This document shows positions 11,001 through 23,583 of a stretch of DNA of 64,000 bases, piece by piece. Made by a program: the position numbers and the translations under genes. Under the pieces are notes generated by a model that worked only from the letters and a program-made list of their open reading frames with translations, was not told where the DNA came from and did no database searches. The stretch lies in contig OZ176052.1 in NCBI GenBank assembly GCA_964247055.1, positions 14,012,001 through 14,076,000 of the forward strand, read 5' to 3'. Source of the stretch: Paragordius varius (lineage: Eukaryota; Animalia; Nematomorpha). Each line of letters opens with the position of its first letter. Positions within the stretch are counted from its first letter, which is position 1.

Positions 11001-14000
11001 CGACATCACCTGATCAAATTTGGATTTTAGGTAGCCATTTTTATTTTTAAAATCGTATAAAATAAATTTTTTAAATGTTTAAAAAATTTATAAAAATTAC
11101 ATTTATAGTCCTATCCCCAAAATATTTGGGGTGATGATGGAATTACCATAGGGCTACCCAAAAAAAATTATGGTGACATCACCTGATCAATGGAGGTAGC
11201 CATTTTTATTTTTAATATCGTATAAAGTAAATTTTTTAAATATTTAAAAAATTCATAAAAATTACATTTATACTCCGATCTCGAAAATATTTGGGGTGAT
11301 GATGGAACTACCATAGGGCTACCCAAAAAAAATTATAGTGACATCACCTGATCAAATTTGGATTTTAGGTAGCCATTTTTATTTTTAAAATCGTATAAAA
11401 TAAATTTTTTAAATATTTAAAAAATTCATAAAAATTACATTTATACTCCGATCTCGACAATATTTGGGGTGATGATGGAACTACCATAAGGCTACCCAAA
11501 AAAAATTATAGTGACATCACCTGATCAAATTTGGATTTTAGGTAGCCATTTTTATTTTTAAAATCGTATAAAATAAATTTTTTAAATATTTAAAAAATTC
11601 AAAAAAATTACATTTATACTCCGATCTCGAAAATATTTGGGGTGATGATGGAACTACCATAGGGCTACCCAAAAAAAATTATGGCGACATCACCTGATCA
11701 AATTTGGATTTTAGGTAGCCATTTTTATTTTTAAAATCGTATAAAATAAATTTTTTAAATGTTTAAAAAATTTATAAAAATTACATTTATAGTCCTATCC
11801 CCAAAATATTTGGGGTGATGATGGAATTACCATAGGGCTACCCAAAAAAAATTATGGTGACATCACCTGATCAATGGAGGTAGCCATTTTTATTTTTAAT
11901 ATCGTATAAAGTAAATTTTTTAAATATTTAAAAAATTCATAAAAATTACATTTATACTCCGATCTCGAAAATATTTGGGGTGATGATGGAACTACCATAG
12001 GGCTACCCAAAAAAAATTATAGTGACATCACCTGATCAAATTTGGATTTTAGGTAGCCATTTTTATTTTTAAAATCGTATAAAATAAATTTTTTAAATAT
12101 TTAAAAAATTCATAAAAATTACATTTATACTCCGATCTCGACAATATTTGGGGTGATGATGAAACTACCATAAGGCTACCCAAAAAAAATTATAGTGACA
12201 TCACCTGATCAAATTTGGATTTTAGGTAGCCATTTTTATTTTTAAAATCGTATAAAATAAATTTTTTAAATATTTAAAAAATTCAAAAAAATTACATTTA
12301 TACTCCGATCTCGAAAATATTTGGGGTGATGATGGAACTACCATAGGGCTACCCAAAAAAAATTATGGCGACATCACCTGATCAAATTTGGATTTTAGGT
12401 AGCCATTTTTATTTTTAAAATCGTATAAAATAAATTTTTTAAATATTTAAAAAATTCATAAAAATTACATTTATACTCCGATCTCGACAATATTTGGGGT
12501 GATGATGGAACTACCATAGGGCTACCCAAAAAAAATTATAGTGACATCACCTGATCAAATTTGGATTTTAGGTAGCCATTTTTATTTTTAATATCGTATA
12601 AAATAAATTTTTTAAATATTTAAAAATTCATAAAAATTACATTTATACTCCGATCTCGACAATATTTGGGGTGATGATGGAACTACCATAGGGCTACCCA
12701 AAAAAAATTATAGTGACATCACCTGATCAAATTTGGATTTTAGGTAGCCATTTTTATTTTTAAAATCGTATAAAATAAATTTTTTAAATATTTAAAAAAT
12801 TCATAAAAATTACATTTATACTCCGATCCCCAAAATATTTGGGGTGATGATGGAACAACCATAGGGCTACGCAAAAAAAATTATGGCGACATCACCTGAT
12901 CAAATTTGGATTTTAGGTAGCCATTTTTATTATTAAAATCGTATAAAATAAATTTTTTAAATATTTAAAAAATTCATAAAAATTACATTTATACTCCGAT
13001 CTCGACAATATTTGGGGTGATGATGGAACTACCATAGGGCTACCCAAAAAAAATTATGGCGACATCACCTGATCAAATTTGGATTTTAGGTAGCCATTTT
13101 TATTTTTAAAATCGTATAAAATAAATTTTTTAAATGTTTAAAAAATTCATAAAAATTACATTTTTAGTCCGATCCCCAAAATATTTGGGGTGATGATGGA
13201 ATTACCATAGGGCTACCCAAAAAAAATTATGGTGACATCACCTGATCAAATTTGGATTTTAGGTAGCCATTTTTATTTTTAATATCGTATAAAATAAATT
13301 TTTTAAATATTTAAAAATTCATAAAAATTACATTTATACTCCGATCTCGAAAATATTTGGGGTGATGATGGAACTACCATAGGGCTACCCAAAAAAAATT
13401 ATAGTGACATCACCTGATCAAATTTGGATTTTAGGTAGCCATTTTTATTTTTAAAATCGTATAAAATAAATTTTTTAAATATTTAAAAAATTCATAAAAA
13501 TTACATTTATACTCCGATCTCGACAATATTTGGGGTGATGATGGAACTACCATAGGGCTACCCCAAAAAAATTATAGTGACATCACCTGATCAAATTTGG
13601 ATTTTAGGTAGCCATTTTTATTTTTAAAATCGTATAAAATAAATTTTTTAAATATTAAAAAAATTCAAAAAAATTACATTTATACTCCGATCTCGAAAAT
13701 ATTTGGGGTGATGATGGAACTACCATAGGGCTACCCAAAAAAAATTATGGCGACATCACCTGATCAAATTTGGATTTTAGGTAGCCATTTTTATTTTTAA
13801 AATCGTATAAAATAAATTTTTTAAATGTTTAAAAAATTCATAAAAATTACATTTTTAGTCCGATCCCCAAAATATTTGGGGTGATGATGGAATTACCATA
13901 GGGCTACCCAAAAAAAATTATGGTGACATCACCTGATCAAATTTGGATTTTAGGTAGCCATTTTTATTTTTAATATCGTATAAAATAAATTTTTTAAATA

Positions 14001-17000
14001 TTTAAAAATTCATAAAAATTACATTTATACTCCGATCTCGACAATATTTGGGGTGATGATGGAACTACCATAGGGCTACCCAAAAAAAATTATAGTGACA
14101 TCACCTGATCAAATTTGGATTTTAGGTAGCCATTTTTATTTTTAAAATCGTATAAAATAAATTTTTTAAATATTTAAAAAATTCATAAAAATTACATTTA
14201 TACTCCGATCTCGACAATATTTGGGGTGATGATGGAACTACCATAGGGCTATCCCAAAAAAATTATAGTGACATCACCTGATCAAATTTGGATTTTAGGT
14301 AGCCATTTTTATTTTTAAAATCGTATAAAATAAATTTTTTAAATATTTAAAAAATTCATAAAAATTACATTTATAGTCCGATCCCCAAAATATTTGGGGT
14401 GATGATGGAACAACCATAGGGCTACGCAAAATAAATTATGGCGACATCACCTGATCAAATTTGGATTTTAGGTAGCCATTTTTATTTTTAAAATCGTATA
14501 AAATAAATTTTTTAAATATTTAAAAAATTCAAAAAAATTACATTTATACTCCGATCTCGAAAATATTTGGGGTGATGATGGAACTACCATAGGGCTACCC
14601 AAAAAAAATTATGGCGACATCACCTGATCAAATTTGGATTTTAGGTAGCCATTTTTATTTTTAAAATCGTATAAAATAAATTTTTTAAATATTTAAAAAA
14701 TTCAAAAAAATTACATTTATACTCCGATCTCGAAAATATTTGGGGTGATGATGGAACTACCATAGGGCTACCCAAAAAAAATTATGGCGACATCACCTGA
14801 TCAAATTTGGATTTTAGGTAGCCATTTTTATTTTTAAAATCGTATAAAATAAATTTTTTAAATATTTAAAAAATTCATAAAAATTACATTTATAGTCCGA
14901 TCCCCAAAATATTTGGGGTGATGATGGAATTACCATAGTACCCAAAAAAAATTATGGTGACATCACCTGATCAAATTTGGATTTTAGGTAGCCATTTTTA
15001 TTTTTAATATCGTATAAAATAAATTTTTTAAATATTTAAAAAATTCATAAAAATTACATTTATACTCCGATCTCGACAATATTTGGGGTGATGATGGAAC
15101 TACCATAGGGGTACCTAAAAAAAATTATAGTGACATCACCTGATCAAATTTGGATTTTAGGTAGCCATTTTTATTTTTAAAATCGTATAAAATAAATTTT
15201 TTAAATATTTAAAAAATTCATAAAAATTACATTTATAGTCCGATCCCCAAAATATTTGGGGTGATGATGGAACAACCATAGGGCTACGCAAAAAAAATTA
15301 TGGCGACATCACCTGATCAAATTTGGATTTTAGGTAGCCATTTTTATTTTTAAAATCGTATAAAATAAATTTTTTAAATATTTAAAAAATTCAAAAAAAT
15401 TACATTTATACTCCGATCTCGAAAATATTTGGGGTGATGATGGAACTACCATAGGGCTACCCAAAAAAATTATGGCGACATCACCTGATCAAATTTGGAT
15501 TTTAGGTAGCCATTTTTATTTTTAAAATCGTATAAAATAAATTTTTTAAATATTTAAAAAATTCATAAAAATTACATTTATAGTCCGATCCCCAAAATAT
15601 TTGGGGTGATGATGGAACAACCATAGGGCTACGCAAAAAAATTATGGCGACATCACCTGATCAAATTTGGATTTTAGGTGGCCATTTTTATTTTTAATAT
15701 CGTATAAAATAAATTTTTTAAATATTTAAAAAATTCAAAAAAATTACATTTATACTCCGATCTCGAAAATATTTGGGGTGATGATGGAACTACCATAGGG
15801 CTACCCAAAATAAATTATGGCGACATCACCTGATCAAATTTGGATTTTAGGTAGCCATTTTTATTTTTAAAATCGTATAAAATAAATTTTTTAAATGTTT
15901 AAAAAATTTATAAAAATTACATTTATAGTCCTATCCCCAAAATATTTGGGGTGATGATGGAATTACCATAGGGCTACCCAAAAAAAATTATGGTGACATC
16001 ACCTGATCAAATTTGGAGGTAGCCATTTTTATTTTTAATATCGTATAAAGTAAATTTTTTAAATATTTAAAAAATTCATAAAAATTACATTTATACTCCG
16101 ATCTCGAAAATATTTGGGGTGATGATGGAACTACCATAGGGCTACCCAAAAAAAATTATAGTGACATCACCTGATCAAATTTGGATTTTAGGTAGCCATT
16201 TTTATTTTTAAAATCGTATAAAATAAATTTTTTAAATATTTAAAAAATTCATAAAAATTACATTTATACTCCGATCTCGACAATATTTGGGGTGATGATG
16301 GAACTACCATAGGGCTACCCAAAAAAAATTATAGTGACATCACCTGATCAAATTTGGATTTTAGGTAGCCATTTTTATTTTTAAAATCGTATAAAATAAA
16401 TTTTTTAAATATTTAAAAAATTCGTATCAATTACATTTATAGTCCGATCCCCAAAATATTTGGGGTGATGATGGAACAACCATAGGGCTACGCAAAAAAA
16501 ATTATGGCGACATCACCTGATCAAATTTGGATTTTAGGTAGCCATTTTTATTTTTAAAATCGTATAAAATAAATTTTTTAAATATTTAAAAAATTCAAAA
16601 AAATTACATTTATACTCCGATCTCGAAAATATTTGGGGTGATGATGGAACTACCATAGGGCTACCCAAAAAAAATTATGGCGACATCACCTGATCAAATT
16701 TGGATTTTAGGTAGCCATTTTTATTTTTAAAATCGTATAAAATAAATTTTTTAAATGTTTAAAAAATCATAAAAATTACATTTTTAGTCCGATCCCCAAA
16801 ATATTTGGGGTGATGATGGAATTACCATAGGGCTACCCAAAAAAAATTATGGTGACATCACCTGATCAAATTTGGATTTTAGGTAGCCATTTTTATTTTT
16901 AATATCGTATAAAATAAATTTTTTAAATATTTAAAAATTCATAAAAATTACATTTATACTCCGATCTCGACAATATTTGGGGTGATGATGGAACTACCAT

Positions 17001-19324
17001 AGGGCTACCCAAAAAAAATTATGGTGACATCACCTGATCAAATTTGGATTTTAGGTAGCCATTTTTATTTTTAAAATCGTATAAAATAAATTTTTTAAAT
17101 ATTTAAAAAATTCATAAAAATTACATTTATAGTCCGATCCCCAAAATATTTGGGGTGATGATGGAACAACCATAGGGCTACGCAAAAAAATTATGGCGAC
17201 ATCACCTGATCAAATTTGGATTTTAGGTAGCCATTTTTATTTTTAATATCGTATAAAGTAAATTTTTTAAATATTTAAAAAATTCATAAAAATTACATTT
17301 ATACTCCGATCTCGAAAATATTTGGGGTGATGATGGAACTACCATAGGGCTACCCAAAAAAAATTATGGTGACATCACCTGATCAAATTTGGATTTTAGG
17401 TAGCCATTTTTATTTTTAATATCGTATAAAATAAATTTTTTAAATATTTAAAAAATTCATAAAAATTACATTTATACTCCGATCTCGACAATATTTGGGG
17501 TGATGATGGAACTACCATAGGGCTACCCAAAAAAAATTATAGTGACATCACCTGATCAAATTTGGATTTTAGGTAGCCATTTTTATTTTTAAAATCGTAT
17601 AAAATAAATTTTTTAAATATTTAAAAAATTCATAAAAATTACATTTAAAGTCCGATCCCCAAAATATTTGGGGTGATGATGGAACAACCATAGGGCTACC
17701 CAAAAAAAATTATGGTGACATCACCTGATCAAATTTGGATTTTAGGTAGCCATTTTTATTTTTAATATCGTATAAAATAAATTTTTTAAATATTTAAAAA
17801 TTCATAAAAATTACATTTAAAGTCCGATCCCCAAAATATTTGGGGTGATGATGGAACTACCATAGGGCTACCCAAAAAAAATTATGGTGACATCACCTGA
17901 TCAAATTTGGATTTTAGGTAGCCATTTTTATTTTTAATATCGTATAAAATAAATTTTTTAAATATTTAAAAAATTCATAAAAATTACATTTATACTCCGA
18001 TCTCGACAATATTTGGGGTGATGATGGAACTACCATAGGGCTACCCAAAAAAAATTATAGTGACATCACCTGATCGAATTTGGATTTTAGGTAGCCATTT
18101 TTATTTTTAAAATCGTATAAAATAAATTTTTTAAATATTTAAAAAATTCATAAAAATTACATTTAAAGTCCGATCCCCAAAATATTTGGGGTGATGATGG
18201 AACTACCATAAAGCTACCCAAAAAAAATTATAGTGACATCACCTGATCAAATTTGGATTTTAGGTAGCCATTTTTATTTTTAAAATCGTATAAAATAAAT
18301 TTTTTAAATATTTAAAAAATTATAAAAATTACATTTATACTCCGATCTCGACAATATTTGGGGTGATGATGGAACTACCATAGGGCTACCCAAACAAAAT
18401 TATAGTGACATCACCTGATCAAATTTGGATTTTAGGTAGCCATTTTTATTTTTAAAATCGTATAAAATAAATTTTTTAAATATTTAAAAAATTCATAAAA
18501 ATTACATTTATAGTCCGATCCCCAAAATATTTGGGGTGATGATGGAACAACCATAGGGCTAGGCAAAAAAAATTATGGCGACATCACCTGATCAAATTTG
18601 GATTTTAGGTAGCCATTTTTATTTTTAAAATCGTATAAAATAAATTTTTTAAATATTTAAAAAATTCAAAAAAATTACATTTATACTCCGATCTCGAAAA
18701 TATTTGGGGTGATGATGGAACTACCATAGGGCTACCCAAAAAAAATTATAGTGACATCACCTGATCAAATTTGGATTTTAGGTAGCCATTTTTATTTTTA
18801 AAATCGTATAAAATAAATTTTTTAAATATTTAAAAAATTCATAAAAATTACATTTATAGTCCGATCCCCAAAATATTTGGGGTGATGATGGAATTACCAT
18901 AGGGCTACCCAAAAAAAAATTATGATGACATCACCTGATCAAATTTGGATTTTAGGTAGCCATTTTTATTTTTAATATCGTATAAAATAAATTTTTTAAA
19001 TATATAAAAAATTCATAAAAATTACATTTATACTCCGATCTCGACAATATTTGGACTGATGATGGAACTACCATAGGGCTACCCAAAAAAAAATATAGTG
19101 ACATCACCTGATCAAATTTGGATTTTAGGTAGCCATTTTTATTTTTAAAATCGTATAAAATAAATTTTTTAAATATTTAAAAAATTCATAAAAATTACAT
19201 TTATACTCCGATCCCCAAAATATTTGGGGTGATGATGGAACAACCATAGGGCTACGCAAAAAAAATTATGGCGACATCACCTGATCAAATTTGGATTTTA
19301 GGTAGCCATTTTTATTTTTAAAAT

Positions 19325-21386
19325 CGTATAAAATAAATTTTTTAAATATTTAAAAAATTCAAAAAAATTACATTTATACTCCGATCTCGAAAATATTTGG
19401 GGTGATGATGGAACTACCATAGGGCTACCCAAAAAAAATTATGGCGACATCACCTGATCAAATTTGGATTTTAGGTAGCCTTTTTTATTTTTAAAATCGT
19501 ATAAAATAAATTTTTAAATATTTAAAAAATTCATAAAAATTACATTTATACTCCGATCTCGAAAATATTTGGGGTGATGATGGAACTACCATAGGGCTAC
19601 CCAAAAAAAATTATAGTGACATCACCTGATCAAAGATTTTAGGTAGTCATTTTTATTTTTAAAATCGTATAAAATAAATTTTTTAAATATTTAAAAAATT
19701 AATAAAAATTACATTTATAGTCCGATCTCCAAAATATTTGGGGTGATGATGGAATTACCATAGGGCTACCCAAAAAAAATTATGGTGACATCACCTGATC
19801 AAATTTGGATTTTAGGTAGCCATTTTTATTTTTAAAATCGTATAAAATAAATTTTTTAAATATTTAAAAAATTCATAAAAATTACATTTATACTCCGATC
19901 TCGACAATATTTGGGGTGATGATGGAGCTACCATAGGGCTACCCAAAAAAAATTATAGTGACATCACCTGATCAAATTTGGATTTTAGGTAGCCATTTTT
20001 ATTTTTAAAATCGTATAAAATAAATTTTTTAAATATTTAAAAAATTCATAAAAATTACATTTATAGTCCGATCTCGACAATATTTGGGGTGATGATGGAA
20101 TTACCATAGGGCTACCCAAAAAAAATTATGGTGACATCACCTGATCAAATTTGGATTTTAGGTAGCCATTTTTATTTTTAAAATCGTATAAAATAAATTT
20201 TTTAAATATTTAAAAAATTCAAAAAAATTACATTTATACTCCGATCTCGACAATATTTGGGGTGATGATGGAACTACCATAGGGCTACCCAAAAAAAATT
20301 ATAGTGACATCACCTGATCAAAGATTTTAGGTAGTCATTTTTATTTTTAAAATCGTATAAAATAAATTTTTTAAATATTTAATAAATTAATAAAAATTAC
20401 ATTTATAGTCCGATCTCCAAAATATTTGGGGTGATGATGGAATTACCATAGGGCTACCCAAAAAAAATTATGGTGACATCACCTGATCAAATTTGGATTT
20501 TAGGTAGCCATTTTTATTTTTAAAATCGTATAAAATAAATTTTTTAAATATTTAAAAAATTCAAAAAAATTACATTTATACTCCGATCTCGAAAATATTT
20601 GGGGTGATGATGGAACTACCATAGGGCTACCCAAAAAAAATTATGGCGACATCACCTGATCAAATTTGGATTTTAGGTAGCCTTTTTTATTTTTAAAATC
20701 GTATAAAATAAATTTTTAAATATTTAAAAAATTCATAAAAATTACATTTATACTCCGATCTCGAAAATATTTGGGGTGATGATGGAACTACCATAGGGCT
20801 ACCCAAAAAAAATTATAGTGACATCACCTGATCAAAGATTTTAGGTAGTCATTTTTATTTTTAAAATCGTATAAAATAAATTTTTTAAATATTTAAAAAA
20901 TTAATAAAAATTACATTTATAGTCCGATCTCCAAAATATTTGGGGTGATGATGGAATTACCATAGGGCTACCCAAAAAAAATTATGGTGACATCACCTGA
21001 TCAAATTTGGATTTTAGGTAGCCATTTTTATTTTTAAAATCGTATAAAATAAATTTTTTAAATATTTAAAAAATTCATAAAAATTACATTTATACTCCGA
21101 TCTCGACAATATTTGGGGTGATGATCAACCTACCATAGGGCTACCCAAAAAAAATTATAGTGACATCACCTGATCAAATTTGGATTTTAGGTAGCCATTT
21201 TTATTTTTAAAATCGTATAAAATAAATTTTTTAAATATTTAAAATATTCATAAAAATTACATTTATAGTCCGATCTCGACAATATTTGGGGTGATGATGG
21301 AATTACCATAGGGCTACCCAAAATAAATTATGGTGACATCACCTGATCAAATTTGGATTTTAGGTAGCCATTTTTATTTTTAAAAT
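19325..21386 (+). repeat. Local 7-monomer HOR (1202 bp; one full copy plus five monomers) marked by a 4-bp deletion (CAAAGATTTT); repeated in block copy 2 at ~45.3-47.3 kb
   Basis: Unit starts at 19325 and 20527. Deletion monomers at 19631, 20319 and 20833 are linked to GTAGTCAT, TTAATAAAA and CTCCAAAAT. Confidence 0.85.
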
Positions 21387-23520
21387 CGTATAAAATAAAT
21401 TTTTTAAATATTTAAAAAATTCATAAAAATTACATTTATACTCCGATCTCGAAAATATTTGGGGTGATGATGGAACTACCATAGGGCTACCCAAAAAAAA
21501 TTATGGTGACATCACCTGATCAAATTTGGATTTTAGGTAGCCATTTTTATTTTTAAAATCGTATAAAATAAATTTTTTAAATATTTAAAAAATTCATAAA
21601 AATTACATTTATACTCCGATCTCGAAAATATTTGGGGTGATGATGGAACTACCATAGGGCTACTAAAAAAATTATAGTGACATCACCTGATCAAATTTGG
21701 ATTTTAGGTAGCCATTTTTATTTTTAAAATCGTATAAAATAAATTTTTTAAATATTTAAAAAATTCATAAAAATTACATTTATAGTCCGATCCCCAAAGT
21801 ATTTGGGGTGATGATGGAACTACCATAGGGCTACCCAAAAAAAATTATGGCGACATCACCTGATCAAATTTGGATTTTAGGTAGCCATTTTTATTTTTAA
21901 AATCGTATAAAATAAATTTTTTAAATATTTAAAAAATTCATAAAATTTACATTTATAGTCCGATCTCGACAATATTTGGGGTGATGATGGAATTACCATA
22001 GGGCTACCCAAAAAAAATTATGGTGACATCACCTGATCAAATTTGGATTTTAGGTAGCCATTTTTATTTTTAAAATCGTATAAAATAAATTTTTTAAATA
22101 TTTAAAAAATTCATAAAAATTACATTTATACTCCGATCTCGAAAATATTTGGGGTGATGATGGAACTACCATAGGGCTACCCAAAAAAAATTATGGTGAC
22201 ATCACCTGATCAAATTTGGATTTTAGGTAGCCATTTTTATTTTTAAAATCGTATAAAATTAATTTTTTAAATATTTAAAAAATTCATAAAAATTACATTT
22301 ATACTCCGATCTCGAAAATATTTGGGGTGATGATGGGACTACCATAGGGCTACCCAAAAAAAATTATAGTGACATCACCTGATCAAATTTGGATTTTAGG
22401 TAGCCATTTTTATTTTTAAAATCGTATAAAATAAATTTTTTAAATATTTAAAAAATTCATAAAAATTACATTTATAGTCCGATCCCCAAAATATTTGGGG
22501 TGATGATGGAACTACCATAGGGCTACCCAAAAAAAATTATGGTGACATCACCTGATCAAATTTGGATTTTAGGTAGCCATTTTTATTTTTAAAATCGTAT
22601 AAAATAAATTTTTTAAATATTTAAAAAATTCAAAAAAATTACATTTATACTCCGATCTCGACAATATTTGGGGTGATGATGGAACTACCATAGGGCTACC
22701 CAAAAAAAATTATGGTGACATCACCTGATCAAATTTGGATTTTAGGTAGCCATTTTTATTTTTAAAATCGTATAAAATAAATTTTTTAAATATTTAAAAA
22801 ATTCATAAAAATTACATTTATACTCCGATCTCGAAAATATTTGGGGTGATGATGGAACTACCATAGGGCTACCCAAAAAAAATTATGGTGACATCACCTG
22901 ATCAAATTTGGACTTTAGGTAGCCATTTTTATTTTTATAATCGTATAAAATAAATTTTTTAAATATTTAAAAAATTCATAAAAATTACATTTATACTCCG
23001 ATCTCGAAAATATTTGGGGTGATGATGGAACTACCATAGGGCTACGCAAAAAAAATTATGGTGACATCACCTGATCAAATTTGGATTTTAGGTAGCCATT
23101 TTTATTTTTAAAATCGTATAAAATAAATTTTTTAAATATTTAAAAAATTCATAAAAATTACATTTATAGTCCGATCCCCAAAGTATTTGGGGTGATGATG
23201 GAACTACCATAGGGCTACCCAAAAAAAATTATGGCGAAATCACCTGATCAAATTTGGATTTTAGGTAGCCATTTTTATTTTTAAAATCGTATAAAATAAA
23301 TTTTTTAAATATTTAAAAAATTCATAAAATTTACATTTATAGTCCGATCTCGACAATATTTGGGGTGATGATGGAATTACCATAGGGCTACCCAAAAAAA
23401 ATTATGGTGACATCACCTGATCAAATTTGGATTTTAGGTAGCCATTTTTATTTTGAAAATCGTATAAAATAAATTTTTTAAATATTTAAAAAATTCATAA
23501 AAATTACATTTATACTCCGA

Positions 23521-23583
23521 TCTCGAAAATATTTGGGGTGATGATGGAACTACCATAGGGCTACGCAAAAAAAATTATGGTGA
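23521..23583 (+). repeat. 63-bp truncated monomer: 110-bp out-of-register deletion junction (ATTATGGTGA|TCTCGACAAT)
   Basis: TCTCGA at 23521 recurs at 23584. Monomer positions 124-173 and 1-60 are missing, with a 2-bp GA microhomology at the join. Seen once in the window. Confidence 0.93.

Larger units (their letters stand above)
6216..23583 (+). repeat. Large block duplication, copy 1 (~17.4 kb)
   Basis: Rare markers recur in the same order in 30947-49525: CAAATATATATTTT (6692, 9457), CAATGGAGG (11191, 11875), CATAGTACCC (~14935), GGGTACCT (~15110), TTGGACTG (19051), ATGATCAACC (21121), GACTTTAG (22911), GGCGAAATC (~23233), TTTTGAAAAT (23451). Confidence 0.92.

Noticed and set aside
21661-21675. 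A-run length differences (7, 8 or 9 A after GCTACT or GCTACCC) as evolutionary markers
   Set aside because: Homopolymer length is the most common long-read consensus error, so it was not used as sole evidence.
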